Numbered from the whole stretch's first letter, positions 42,875 through 55,595 are shown. The stretch: 63,847 nt of DNA, filler included, from Craspedostauros australis (GCA_030167865.1; 10 parts of 10 records of this genome joined end to end with filler, not necessarily neighbours in it), one strand, 5' to 3'. Program-made: numbers and translations. Notes: generated by a model from the letters alone, not told the origin.

Positions 42875-45426
42875 ATGGTGTGCCACATCCACAGGACTAC
42901 CTGGGATGCATTCACCAACCTCCAGGAAGAATTTGGGATCAGCATCGAAACTGCTACAATCTTCGACCTCTTCCAACCTAAGACCCTCGTGGAAGAGAAA
43001 ACCCTCTCCGACCTGGTGAGTATCATCCATGAAGGAACCCCAAGAATGGCCCCAGGATCAATCATGATCAACCTCGCTGATCCAGACAACGTCGCAAGAA
43101 ACATTGACATGGGACTTTTCATCTACCATATCGCCAAATGGGTAGGGTCCATCAAAGTCAATAAGGATTCTTCTCTGAAGCAAACCCTCGACAGGATGTT
43201 CATCGACACAGATACCACCAAGAAGACAATGAGAGACTTCGACCAATTCGAAAGGCATGACAAACACTACCACAATGACAAGTGGTTGACTGCCATTGTG
43301 GTATACAAGAAGCTACTTTCCAATGCCACAACACCCAGCACCTCTACTGGATCAGAGGCATCGACCCCAAGGGGAGGACAAGACAATGACAGCCACCCAG
43401 GGAACACCCCTTCTGGGTTCTCATTCCTGATCAACGGAGCCACCCCGGAACGTACCCTGATCAGCTTCCCCAACGAAACCCAACTATCCAGCATTGCCAA
43501 ACAGGGATCCCCAACTGTCTCCCCACCGGCCACTAGCACTCGGGCACCTACCCGACCAGTGAGAGTACTGGCCAAGGAACCGGCATTCACCAATACCTTG
43601 GTACCATCAATACTACTGGAACAGCTACCGACCGTGGACCTGAAGGAAGGAACAAATTGTTCCCCAACATGAACCCGGAAACGATCGGTAGATACGACCG
43701 TAACCTACATGGTACCAAGGCAGCAACCTTCGCTCCCAAAGAAACCACCAGGACCCCAAGAGGTGCAGGCACACCCAGGATGGACCGACCAGACGGCTAT
43801 GGGAACCGGCCACCACACAACTGAAACCCACAGGACTGCCACGGCACCATGGGCAACCCTACCCTGCGCGATACGAGCAACTACCGCAACGACGATGGAC
43901 GCGAACCCATGAACCGGAACCCGACCGCCAACCCAGGCACAAGCCATGGGACAGGCCACTCGTACCCAGAGAACCACGGACCACCAGGATACCAGGGATA
44001 CAAGGAAAATGGCACCATGGGTAACCCAACCCCACACGACATGGGCAACTTCCGCAACGACGACAGACATGAACAGATGACCCATGGCCCGACTACCAAC
44101 AGAGGCACCAACCACGGAACAGGACACCCGTACCCAGGGAACCACGAACCACCAGGTAACCAGGGATACTACGGCAACGGCCCCTATGGCTACCCTCCCC
44201 ACGTAGAGAACCACTATGCGCACGGTCCACCGCACTTTGCCTTCCAATATCCCCACACAGGAGGATTTCCACCTATCGGTATCCCCGTCCCCATGGAACA
44301 CTTTCCCCATGGAAATGGAGGATTTCCCTCAGCCCAAGGAGCATTCGTTACCATCGGAAATCCCCTTCCTGGATACCCACCAGGACCAGCAGGGCATGGC
44401 CAGCATCCAGAGAACCCTCACGGGTGTCAATAAGACGAAGTGTGTGAATCAATGTTGTTCGCTAATATGATGAAAGATTGCATTGATTAGGTGTGGAGTT
44501 GCGGTCTGAACCCCTGCTGGTGTCTTGCTATGCTCTAGAAGAAAAGTGGGCGCGAGGTGCGCGCTTTGCGTACGCAGGGTAGGCGAGTCATGAGCGGGAC
44601 TAGAATCAATAACGGGAACCTCGGGGAACCCGACCCACGCACCATGGGCCCCGGTAATCAACGCGGACAACACGCGACCGGATATGCACCCCATCGAGGA
44701 CCCACCCACGATGAGCCACCACCAGCCCAAGCCAAGTTGATGAAACGTCGTCCCATCCCAGACTCCATCGATTTTACCAGCGACGCGGCATCCTTCCAGA
44801 TGGTGAAACACAAAATCCATGCCCACCTCCTTGGGAACGACATGTCCTACCTCATCAATCACCAGTTCCGCAGCCAGTGCCTTTCCAAAGGAATCCACTC
44901 GATCAGGGAATACATCAACCCGGTCACAGGGGCACCAACGACTACTTCTCCAGAACAGGTCGCAAGCAACATCAGGACCCTATTCGCGGGACTGTACTCC
45001 ATCATTGCTGGCAGCCCCGCACATGATCTAGCCACAAGAGGACTGCTCACTGAAGATGGTTTCATATTCTGGAACAAACTGCTGAATACCTACAAACACA
45101 ACTGGATCAGAGGCATGGAGGTCGACTCCCTCATGAAGAGAGTCCAAGAATTCAACCCTGGAAGACAGGACATGGGATCCTACGTCAAGGAAATCCAGGA
45201 CATCTTCGCCAACATGAACTTCCTGGCTACCAACCCTGACCAGCGAGTATCTGACACACAACAACGCCGCAAGCTCCTCAATTGTCTCATTGGCTGCGAT
45301 GACATCAATGTCCACACTATGGTGAGAAGCATTGAGCATAGCCCCGACATGCAGTCAATGGGCGCCACCTGCATGTACCTCATCTCCGAATCCGCCAGGG
45401 ACACTGCAGTCGCCAACAACCAATGA
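42875..45426 (+). pseudogene. Disrupted gag-like region with G/H/P/N-rich repeats
   Basis: ORF pieces 42875-43672, 43849-44433 and 44557-45426; the last two join in frame once the 44425-44611 insert is removed. Confidence 0.6.
44425..44611. mobile_element. 187-bp solo-LTR-like insertion with 5-bp TSD ACGGG
   Basis: ACGGG at 44420-44424 and 44612-44616; ends TG..TA; abrupt composition shift; removal restores ENPHG-NLGEP. Confidence 0.8.
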
Positions 45427-45504
45427 GGCACAAGATCCGGTAAGCGGAGGATCTACAAGGCAAACACCAAGACCGGCCGTGACCACAACGAAACCAACAC
45501 AGAG

Positions 45505-48500
45505 ATGCTAATCAACGCTATCTCTAAAAAGCTTCAAGAGGACCTCGCCTTCATCTCGCAGGAGGTATTCGACGGGCTACCCAAGAAGATATGCCAAGTC
45601 ATCATGAAGCTCTGTAGTTCACTCCGATGGGCCAGACACGGAAATAATCGGAATGGTTCCGGGTTCACCCGTGTCGAAGGGAAGAAAGAACAGGACAACA
45701 ACCCTCCGTCCGCTGACAAGAAGATCTCTGAGAAAGGGGAGGGCACCGCAGCCCACAAGCAGTACGGCGTCATTGCACAAGCCAACCTGGCCAAGTACAC
45801 CTCAGGGTTTGAAGATCAACCCGACAATCAGGATGATGACGAATCCGACCTATCTTCGATCGACGCGACGGAACTGGCCAAGTTCCTGGTCGACTATGGT
45901 GGATACGACGACGAGGGCGACGATCGACTCATGAAAATAATCACGATGAGCGACTCGTCTGACACGAAGGACACCACTGACCTACCCGCCGACTGGCCAC
46001 GCCAATCGGTACCGGAGCAATTAGTCCACCTCGCGGCATTCTCGCCACAGGCATACGCGGTATGCGACGGCAGCGCGCAGTGCTGCGTCATTGGGAACCA
46101 AGACAAAGTCTGGAAAATTGACTATGTCTATCCACACCAGACATACAACATCATTGGCGCCATGGCAAACACAATGAGGAAAAACAACCTCGCAGTGGTA
46201 GACACGAGCGTCAAGGTCAGAACCAAGGAAGCTGTCTGGTACCCCACAAGGGCGGATGACCAGGATCCCACCGGCAAAACGGCGCAAGGACACAGCCAAA
46301 ACAACTCACCCACTGACATGAAAGAACAAAGCCAATGGAACGACACAGCACACCGGAATCCTGGACACAGGGGAGACATGGCGCGCAGGACCTGTCACCC
46401 AATCCCAAACACTAACCAAGCGGACAGCCAAGGCACCCATGACACGCGTCGCCGAGAAAGCCAAATCGTGAACGACCCGCGATACGCCAGACGAGGAAGA
46501 CTCTGGCCCAGGGTCTTCGTATCTTCCATGTTCGTCGGGACCACCATCATACCAACGCATGGATGACGGCCCCAAAAGAAAGGGGAGGGAATAAGAGGAC
46601 CAAGCAAAAAAACGATCCGTTTTGTCCGCAGGCACCAGGAGAGGCATCCCATGGAAGAACATCATCCATGGAACAATCAGATCCATAGTCCAGACCATCA
46701 CAGCGAATCCAGTCGCGACAGGCGTGAACACCAAACCACCGCAAAGGGTACCCACCCTAACAAACCACCCAGGGAACCCGAGACAGAACCCACCAGGATG
46801 CAACACGAACATCCCATGGGACACGACATCCATCTCTTTCGCCTGCAACCTCATGGCATCAGAGGTCAACCAACTCGCGTACCTGGCTCAATGCGACCAG
46901 TACACCGAAAGAGACAACTTCATCCTCGACGGAAGGAACCTCAACTGGAACGCAAAGGGAATCACACACCACCACTACGAGACACGAGAGGACGGAACCA
47001 CTGAAGCAATCCTGGAGATCCTATGGATGAACGGGATGCGATCATGGTGCAGGATGGGAGACCTAAGGGCCCAACAACCAGACATCATCATCGAATACAC
47101 CGAACAGAACCACCTACAGGACCAGAAGGGCTTCAAATGGGTGGAACCCCACAGAGCAAGGAACCAACACATGTGATCAATGCTAGCCACAAGACTGGCA
47201 AACCATCATCCAGGAAACAAGTACAAGTTCGGCACCCTTGTCCCCAACAGCCTGAGACACGCCATGGCTATCAACAGACTCAACGGGAACGAACTTTTGG
47301 AGCAAGGCCATCAACAAGGAACTGGACCAGATCAAGCGGTTGGGAACCTTCAGACAACCAAGACCGAACGAAACACTCGATGGATACACCAAGATCCCAT
47401 ACCACATCGTTTACGATGTGAAGTTCGACCTACGTCGAAAGGCAAGACTGGTGGCAAACGGAAACAAGACATCCCCACCAACAGAAGACGTATACTCAGG
47501 GGTGGTAGCATCAGACACCATCCGAATCGCCTTCGCCATTGCAGCAGCCAACGGACTGAGAGCATACGCCGGCGACGTAGGGAACGCGTTCCTATACGCA
47601 GACACCCTCGAGAAATGCTACATTCGAGCAGGCCCTGAATTTGGCAACCTCGAAGGCAAACCCCTCATCATCCAAAAGGGACTCTACGGCCTAAGGACAT
47701 CAAATGCGAGGTTCCACGAACATTTCGCCGACACCCTCCGAACCATGGGATTCCTACCCTCCAAGGCCGACAACGACATCTACACCAGAGAAGCCGACGA
47801 CCACTACGAGATGATCACCACATACGTGGATGACGTACTGGTTTTCAGTAAGGACCCCATCCCAATCATCGACGACCTCAAGAAACGGTACACCATGAAG
47901 CAATGCGGTGACCCAGAATACTACCTTGGCGGAAACATTGTCGACCTTCCCAAGAACTGGAAGGACAGGGGAGTCAACATCGGACTCTCGGCCCAGACAT
48001 ACATCGGAAACGTCATCAAACGAGTGGAGCAACTAGTAGGGAAAACAATCCCGAAGGCATCCACTCCCATGGTAGAGGCCTGTCACCCAGAAAGCGACAC
48101 CTCGGACTTCACAAGCACTGAAGACGCCAGGACCTACCAATCAATACTGGGTTGCCTCAATTGGGTCGTGGCCCTCGGGAGGTTGGACATCCAATACGCC
48201 ACGACGACGATGGCACGGTTCGCCATGGCACCAAGGGAGGGGCACCTCCTGACCATCCAACGCATCATTGGGTACCTCAAGGGTCGAGAAAGGGGAGCCA
48301 TCCTTTGCAACCCCAACCCAGTGGACCACACAGACATTGACACTACTCTCTCAAGCCACTGGAGAGAATTCTACCCAACTGTCATGGAAGTCATCCCTAC
48401 TTCGGTACCGACACCAAAAGGAAAACCGGTTCAGATCACGTACTATGTGGATGCCAACCACAGGCATGACCAGATCACAAGGAAATTCATGACAGGCATG

Positions 48501-49112
48501 GTGTGAATGATCAACAATACCATCGTCAAGACCATTTGCAAACAGCAGAACACAGTGGAAACATCCACCTACGGATCCGAATTGGTGGCTGCCAGAATCG
48601 CCACCGAAGCGGTCACCGGACCACGCTACATGCTCAGGAACCTCGGGGTACCCATCGACGGACCAGCAATCATGCTCGGAGACCACAAGGCAGTGGTACT
48701 CAACACCACAGTTCCATCATCAATCTTGAAGAAGAAACACTGCTCCCTGGCATTCCACCAGATCCGCGAATGCACTGCTGCTGGGATCAGCATGTTTGCC
48801 CACATTGCGTCAACCGAGAATATCGCCAACATACTCACCAAGCCGCTCTCCAAGACCCCCTTCCACCACATCACATCAAGAACAGTATTCAGGAACTCGA
48901 TCCATGAGTCAGGGTACCACAGCAAAATCATATCCCCTGCAATCACACAAGCCAGGGCAACCAGAGCAGAGGACGATCCTGACCCAACACCCACGCAGAC
49001 ACCAACACGACCACACCACGAGAACGAACGCACCGACAGAATGAACATAAATGTCATCCGGTACCAACAAACATCCATGAGATTCAGCCCAACACCGAAA
49101 CCATCCGGCTGA
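45505..49112 (+). pseudogene. pol: Disrupted pol: protease, chromo-like domain, RT, RNase H; integrase core not found
   Basis: PR AVCDGSAQCC; EILWMNGMRSW..FKWV; KYKFG..VP; RKARLVANG, GDVGNAFL, LYGLRTS, YVDD; YVDANH, ETSTYGSE, LKKKH, ILTKPL. Several stops and frameshifts. Confidence 0.88.
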
Positions 49113-49533
49113 CCAGGACCCAACGAGAACCGACCCCCCTCGAAATGACACGGAGGAGAGCGCCGAGACCCATCAAGCCTACCATGAATGCACTGGCCAC
49201 ACCCAACCGACAACGCACACGAAATTCCAATGTCTCATGCGACATGGTGGACACATGTATCATGACTCAGAATTGTGAACAAACTGAAACCCCGATCGAC
49301 AATTTCTTGCACGCGCGCGTTGGCACACCGCCTTCAAACCTCACGGATGAATTCAGCCCACTGTCGAGTATCAATCCTTCCACGACATCAGGTAGAAAAA
49401 AGCTGCATTCTATCCGAGGGACATGATGGAGACAGCACCGAGCATGCCTGCCGGCCAATCACATGTTGCCACATCGACATTGTACTGAAAGAAGCCACGA
49501 AGCACCACCAACCCAGCTGCCAACGAAGGAGTC

Positions 49534-51492
49534 ATGGAGACTTCCCACCACACAGGCCTGGCACACCGTGTCATCATCACACCGGAACACGAAAACTTCA
49601 GATGTGACATGTTGATCACTGACCTCCAAGAAGACTTGGCACAGAACGCAGCTTCGGCCTCTTTCGCGTTTCGCAGCGTGAACATGCCATCTCCGTGGAC
49701 ACAAAGCTGCCACATCAACAACATCAGACACAATTTCAGCAGCACCCAAAGAAAAGCATCCACCATGACGTTCCCAAAGCACACGCCATTCTATGGCAAC
49801 AACCGTTGTCCAGTTCCAGGATCCAGGGTGCTATACCCCGCAGGAAAGAAGGGCTGTTTCCAAGGAGTCGTCGTTGGATACAGTGGCCGCAGAGTGTGGA
49901 TCTACTGCACCAAGAGCTGGGGAAGCGCCAAGGTCGACGCCCTCACTTACGTGGAAAGCCAATCCATCTTCCCACTCACTCTCTCCGAATACCTCGACAG
50001 TAACCTTGTAGCCACCGAGGTCCTCAGCATTGCCATAGCCGATGGCCATTGCTTCTACCCCCCAGAGGATGGCGCATGGGCAGAGCCACTTGACCCACAA
50101 CGCACTACCAACCGGAAGCCCTCTATCTGCCACTTTTTCCAGGTAAGACAGAACCGAATCCCAGCCATCATGGCACGAGCAGGAATAGCACGCAAGGTCC
50201 GACGACAGGGTGACACCCTCGCCACCAATCTTGCACGAGAGAAGAAGGCACTCGATGGAGCACCTCTTCCACCTGACGCCAATGATGCCATGGTCACCGG
50301 ACTCCCCAACCTTGAGGAGAAGAGGCCTCAGCTCAAAGAAGGAGAAACGCCAAATGGCAGCTTTGTGGATGAGATCCCCGAAGGTTACTTCAACCAGAAA
50401 CCCACTGCCAGGGAAGCCAGACACCGTGGAACCGACACTGACACAGAACACGATGAAGACCAGGGCCCACCAGAACCAGAAGGCGTGATCAGCGTGGAAG
50501 CAGCGATCACAGACGGGACAGTGATTAGCCACCCCGTCCAACCCAGGCCCCCTGTCAGGCGATCCCCGCGAGCACCAACCAAGTCCAAGATCTTGACGGC
50601 CACAAGAGATGGGCGAGGATACATTAACAAGGTCCAAGCATTCCCTCTACCTCTTCCACCCCAACATGAGGATGATCCGTCAAATCTGGAACATGGAGAC
50701 AGCGATGACTCGGAGTCCCTCTACCGACCAGAGGAGAACACCACCAGCCGAACCCATGTCCATTACCACCAAGGGACCAAGGCTTATGACAAGCAAGGCA
50801 CGCATGTCGGAAAAAGAGGAATCTTCGATGGCTCGGACAATTCGACCGCTATCCTGACCGATCCAAAGGTATCGGAGCGGATCATCATCAATCGCACTCG
50901 CTCCAGGAAGACTGCAAGTGGATCCACCAGGACCAAAACGCCAACTCCAACTGCAGATCAGGATGATCATAAAGATAACCCGACCCTGCCCAAGGAGAGT
51001 CCCAAAGACTCGATAACAACACCATCCGCTGACCAAGACGGAAAGGGAGACGACACACCCTTGAGCACCAATTCTCCCAGCCCTCGAAATGCTCCACCGC
51101 CCAAACCATCAACTCCGGAAACAGAGGAAACCAGCAATCCGCGAAAAAGGCCACAGGTGGAACAACAGCTGATGGAGACCTACCCGTCGTCTAGACCACT
51201 CAGATCAGGATACATCATGGCGAGCGCTCGAAGACCAGTGAGGGGCCAACCCAGGATGCATCAACCAGTGCTAAACCCCACCGCTCACATCATGGCAGTC
51301 CTCCGCTCGGACCCCAATTCGGACCAGATCATCCACGATCTCGCTACGGTCCTCTTCCGTGGGGGCATGACCCACATCAACGCGCTCCATCAGATCAGCA
51401 TCACCTTCAAGCTGAATGAAGAGCTGGAACGGTTGGGAACCAGGGGTTTTCAAGACCAGGCAAACCGTGATGCCAATGAATTCCACGAATGA
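49534..51492 (+). CDS. Extra sense ORF between pol and 3' LTR (unknown function)
   Basis: 652-aa open frame (alternative start MTFPK at ~49766) ending about 90 bp before the PPT. Confidence 0.7.
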   Translation: METSHHTGLAHRVIITPEHENFRCDMLITDLQEDLAQNAASASFAFRSVNMPSPWTQSCHINNIRHNFSSTQRKASTMTFPKHTPFYGNNRCPVPGSRVLYPAGKKGCFQGVVVGYSGRRVWIYCTKSWGSAKVDALTYVESQSIFPLTLSEYLDSNLVATEVLSIAIADGHCFYPPEDGAWAEPLDPQRTTNRKPSICHFFQVRQNRIPAIMARAGIARKVRRQGDTLATNLAREKKALDGAPLPPDANDAMVTGLPNLEEKRPQLKEGETPNGSFVDEIPEGYFNQKPTAREARHRGTDTDTEHDEDQGPPEPEGVISVEAAITDGTVISHPVQPRPPVRRSPRAPTKSKILTATRDGRGYINKVQAFPLPLPPQHEDDPSNLEHGDSDDSESLYRPEENTTSRTHVHYHQGTKAYDKQGTHVGKRGIFDGSDNSTAILTDPKVSERIIINRTRSRKTASGSTRTKTPTPTADQDDHKDNPTLPKESPKDSITTPSADQDGKGDDTPLSTNSPSPRNAPPPKPSTPETEETSNPRKRPQVEQQLMETYPSSRPLRSGYIMASARRPVRGQPRMHQPVLNPTAHIMAVLRSDPNSDQIIHDLATVLFRGGMTHINALHQISITFKLNEELERLGTRGFQDQANRDANEFHE

Positions 51493-51590
51493 AGCCCAGC
51501 TACCGCCATCTTGGGTGGCAGAACAACCCATGATACAGTTAGCTTTCTTGCTTTCAGTCAACTCACGTTTCAACATGAGATGAAGGGGAG

Positions 51591-52144
51591 TAATAGAGCT
51601 AAACTAGCAACCAACTTAGTGAAGGAAAATACAAGTACCCTGACTCAATACCATTCCAGTTGGTCCACCCCACGTCTCGACCTAACCCACGTTTGGGAAC
51701 AGATGGCAGTCATTGAAGGGAATCCTTGGATCCCTGGGTCATGGAAAAACAAGGGTCCCGATGACCACAGTCACCCAAACTGTTGCCCGCCAAAATCTTG
51801 GTGGCTGAACAAGACTGAGGTTGTGAGGGACCAGCACCCAACAGGATCGTGCAACAGCACCCTTTGCCTCATCACCCCTTGACAAAAAGGATCCCCTCCC
51901 ACAGTACTCAGGCTATGCGACCTGTACATCCAGTCACTTAGAGCAGCATGGGAGGCCCTCCCTGACAAGAAGAATCATAGCAATAACTCTCATAATTCGC
52001 ACGTTTCTTTACCCATCATTAGTACTCCCAATCAACTACTTGTGATCAGAAGACACTCGTTCAGACCTACTTGCCAATCAAGCCTCTGCACACAGCTAAC
52101 ACCAAAGCCAACAAAACCTCAGCCATTATGTTTGGGCTCTATTC
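51591..52144 (+). repeat. 3' LTR (554 bp)
   Basis: Starts TAATAGAGC right after the PPT and ends GCTCTATTC (terminal inverted repeat). Confidence 0.85.
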
Positions 52145-53395
52145 TCCTCACCTGGGGAACCTGGCAAGTATGACCCTGGTGCCCACATACTTCTCCCGTT
52201 CAACGATCCGGCTGACCTCTCCCTCAACTTTGAAGTCTACGAACACATGAGCGAGCTCAAAGATGACCTTACCAGGATGTGCCGGTTTGTCATTGATAGC
52301 TACGTCCAACACAGGATTGGCAATCCAAGCTTTCCACGTGCCTGGCCTCCAGGAGTTGGCATTGGCCTTGACCCCAACATTAACTCTGGAGGTGGCAGTA
52401 TAGAGGGCACTGCAGCCGGAGGAGCAACGACCATGATCAGCGTTGATGATGGCGATGAGTTTTTGGCACAAACAACCAGGAGCATCATGTGGACGAGGCT
52501 GACATCTTCAAGTCACACAGCAGATTCATCTTCACATTGTCTCATAACGTCCTCATCATCGTTCGTGCTGATACTAGTCAGCTCATTGGCGAGATTGGCA
52601 TGTTAGAGATCGGCAGCGACGAGTGGAAGACAATGGTGGAAAGTTCGACCCAAATTGACAGGAGCATCCTCCTCTCAGACAGCACCATTGGTGTCATCAT
52701 GAGCATAAGTGGGCGCAGCCAGGGCCGCAGCGATTCGCTGGCCATTGGAAGCAACCAAGCAACACGCGTGAAGCTCTTCAGTCTGGACAAGCTGTACTCT
52801 ACCACGGATTTCACCGACGTAGATAAGAGCAGTATTCTCACACCCATCGGTGACAAGTACTTGAACGGGAAACTCCTGGCGGGGTACACCATTGACTCAC
52901 AAGCTGTGATCGTTGCCGCGTCGGGGCTACACTGTTGGGATGGCCTGATTGGGCATATCGAAGATCTTTGCTACCTTCATGACGACAACGAAGACTTCAA
53001 GGAAAATGCCAATGAGTCTGCACCAGCGTTGATCGACAGCTACGCCACCCAGCTCCTCAGCGAACTCGAGGTAGCACCTGGAGTACTGCCCGACATCATT
53101 AAACTCGAAGTTCCGACTAAATCGGCATCCAACGAGGCGAGTTCCATCAATGCGGCATTCCTCGTCAACTGCATGGTGGGCATTTTCACATTTGACATGG
53201 GCCCCAGCAAGCAGCAAGCGGCCTAAGCGTCAAAACGTTGGTGCAGTTCCTCCAGACGGGCAACATTGTCCCGTATGCCACGAAAGACTCTCTTATTCTA
53301 TCGAGCATGGTAGTTGGGACAGACTAGCTCCGGGACTGACTCGGGACTTGACTGTCCATTCCGCGTACACGGTACTCGGTACCCAAGACCGATAC

Positions 53396-53760
53396 TGTGA
53401 TGAAAGGCTACCACACACACGATGTGTAGTTGAACTGCAATCCTTGCGTTGCTCGCCCTCCAGCTCATGCACCCCTGCCACCTGTCCACCTCGTCACTCT
53501 GCCGAACATGCATCTGTCTTGAAGCATATCCATGTGAATGGATCAGCTACTGCTCTACGGGTGATGATACTGGAAGACTGTATGTGTGCAGGATCACCAC
53601 GGCATGCTGCTGCGCAACAAAGAACGGCTGAAGTACGACAGCACGAACCCCACCTTTTTACTCGATCGTCCTATCAATAGTAAGCTTAACACATAAAACA
53701 AGCAATCAGAAACAATCTTCACAGCTTACTTCCAAGTTTACTACAGTTACACCATCGTCT
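53396..53760. mobile_element. 365-bp solo-LTR-like insertion with 5-bp TSD GATAC
   Basis: GATAC at 53391-53395 and 53761-53765; starts TGTGATG, ends CATCGTCT; AT-rich right half. Confidence 0.6.
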
Positions 53761-54555
53761 GATACAGCTTTGTTCTCAACATCAAACGGCGTCAAAGCCG
53801 GTTGAAGGACAGATCATCCTCCTGACAACGTGTAGAAGACACGGAATACTAACTATGGTTGAAGAATACTTTCCGATGCACCGACATACGAAGGACGCGA
53901 CCATCCTCTGCCAATACAACATTCAGGATGGCAACGTTGTGCCGGAAAAGTACGGATCGGCTCTAGGCACCATCCCGAACAAGCACTGGATTGACAACGT
54001 CGATGGACAACTCCGGGTTGTCACAGAACGTTCCCATCGACATATTCCAACGGTCGGCTTCACCGATACCCCCCGCAACAGTCATCGATGAGATGTTCAT
54101 CCTCGAGGATGACGACAGCGATGGCAAGATCCTGGACGTCGTCGGTGAGGTCAAGTTCGGCAAGCGAGACGAAAGTACGTGGCCGTCTCTTTTGTTTCTG
54201 CGGTATGCTGCACGGTGTTGACTACTTCTCGCTTGTTGCATGTTGATATCTTTGATTTGGCTCAAAATCCAATTCGATTCGATTCGTTGCTGCCATGTGC
54301 AGCCTCTACGCTCTGGGCACAAGCCGACGTGCCCCTAAACGTTCGGATGGAGCTCAGTTCTAACCCAGCCCTTCTGCAAACATTACATACCGTGCTTCAA
54401 CATGCTGTCCACGCGACTCCAATCCCTCATATGTTTCCCAACTGCTCTCTCTCCTCCATAGCTATCAAAGGTTTGGTCTTCCAAAAGGATAAAGCCTACG
54501 CAGTTACCTTCCTGAACATTGATCCGTTCTACGTGTTCGATTTGACAATCTCAAC

Positions 54556-55008
54556 TGTTGTTTCCCAGCAGTGGACTCGCCTGGTTTGGACGAGGACGCT
54601 GCTTGGCTCTGGTGACAACTAGTGACTTAGGAATGCATTGTAACTGTGCTGCTAATTGTGAGTGTAATTGTGAGTGTAATTGTGAGTGTAATTGTGTATG
54701 GAGGTTGCTTCATTGAGTTGCTTGGCGTTCGCGTTGCTATCTGAAGTTTCTCCTCTTTTGGTTTGAATGTATCGTGCATCCGTATCATTGGTGGACTGGA
54801 CTGTTTGAACCAATCATGCCTCTCCTCCAGGATCCGATTTGAAGTAGTATACTGTGCGGGCGGTAGAGCTATGCTTCTGGGAGCCTTCTCAGTCTCGGAT
54901 ACGGTCGTGTCACATGTCTGATTCTCGGATACCGTCGAGTCGAGCGATTCGTGTCTTGGATACCAATCGAGTCCCGCATGTGATTCTCGGATACCATATT
55001 ATCCCACA
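54556..55008. mobile_element. 453-bp solo LTR (TG..CA)
   Basis: Flanked by TCAAC/CCAAC; removal restores DLTI(S/P)TSPTIVGSLDVPGFS; internal (TAATTGTGAGTG) repeat at ~54653-54696. Confidence 0.85.
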
Positions 55009-55595
55009 CCAACTAGCCCAACCATCGTGGGTTCGTTGGACGTTCCCGGCTTTTCCGACTTCCTCATCCCCATCAATGATGCCTCAACAATCGTGCTTGG
55101 CATCGGCAGTCATATGACCCAGGTGAGCGAGTGGACCAACCTTTGGTAAAGTAGAGTGGCACTTTTTCTTCGATTTCAACACAACCAAGCATACAAACCA
55201 ACTCATTATAGTGTCCATAGCAACAGGAAAATTACCCAGAGCCTTGAAGTCCGTAGTTTAGGTTTTATGGACCTGTCAATGTGCNNNNNNNNNNNNNNNN
55301 NNNNNNNNNNNNNNNNNNNNNNNNNNNNNNNNNNNNNNNNNNNNNNNNNNNGTGTTCTTGGTTTTGGCGAATTTGTTCACATTTTGAATTAATTAGTCCT
55401 TATTTTGTTCATCCATTTTCGCCGCCAGTCTCCGTCTCATCCTCGTGCGAATCGCATCCCTCACTTCTTGCGGGACCATCTCTTCGTTCTCCGCGNNNNN
55501 NNNNNNNNNNNNNNNNNNNNNNNNNNNNNNNNNNNNNNNTTAATTAATTAANNNNNNNNNNNNNNNNNNNNNNNNNNNNNNNNNNNNNNNNNNNN

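Larger units (their letters stand above)
42093..52144 (+). mobile_element. Ty1/Copia (CoDi-II-like) LTR retrotransposon, defective, with both LTRs
   Basis: Direct repeats 42093-42562 and 51675-52144 flank gag-like, PR, chromo-like, RT and RH fragments; PPT GAAGGGGAG at 51582-51590. Confidence 0.9.
52145..55120 (+). pseudogene. Beta-propeller domain protein (Beta_propel/COG4880-like), broken by frameshifts and insertions
   Basis: GTNNQEHHVDEADIFK, GTIPNKHWID..GQLRVVT, FGKRDE, KAYAVTFLNIDPFYVFDL and PTIVGSLDVPGFSDFLIP occur in the expected order. Confidence 0.8.

Noticed and set aside
48504..48509. Second in-frame TGA-ATG junction
   Set aside because: Falls inside the RNase H domain of a decayed pol, so it is best explained as a nonsense mutation.
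53267..53777. Alternative insertion boundaries with an ACAT duplication
   Set aside because: The beta-propeller-like reading continues past 53267 (PYATKDSLIL), so the GATAC-bounded insert fits better.
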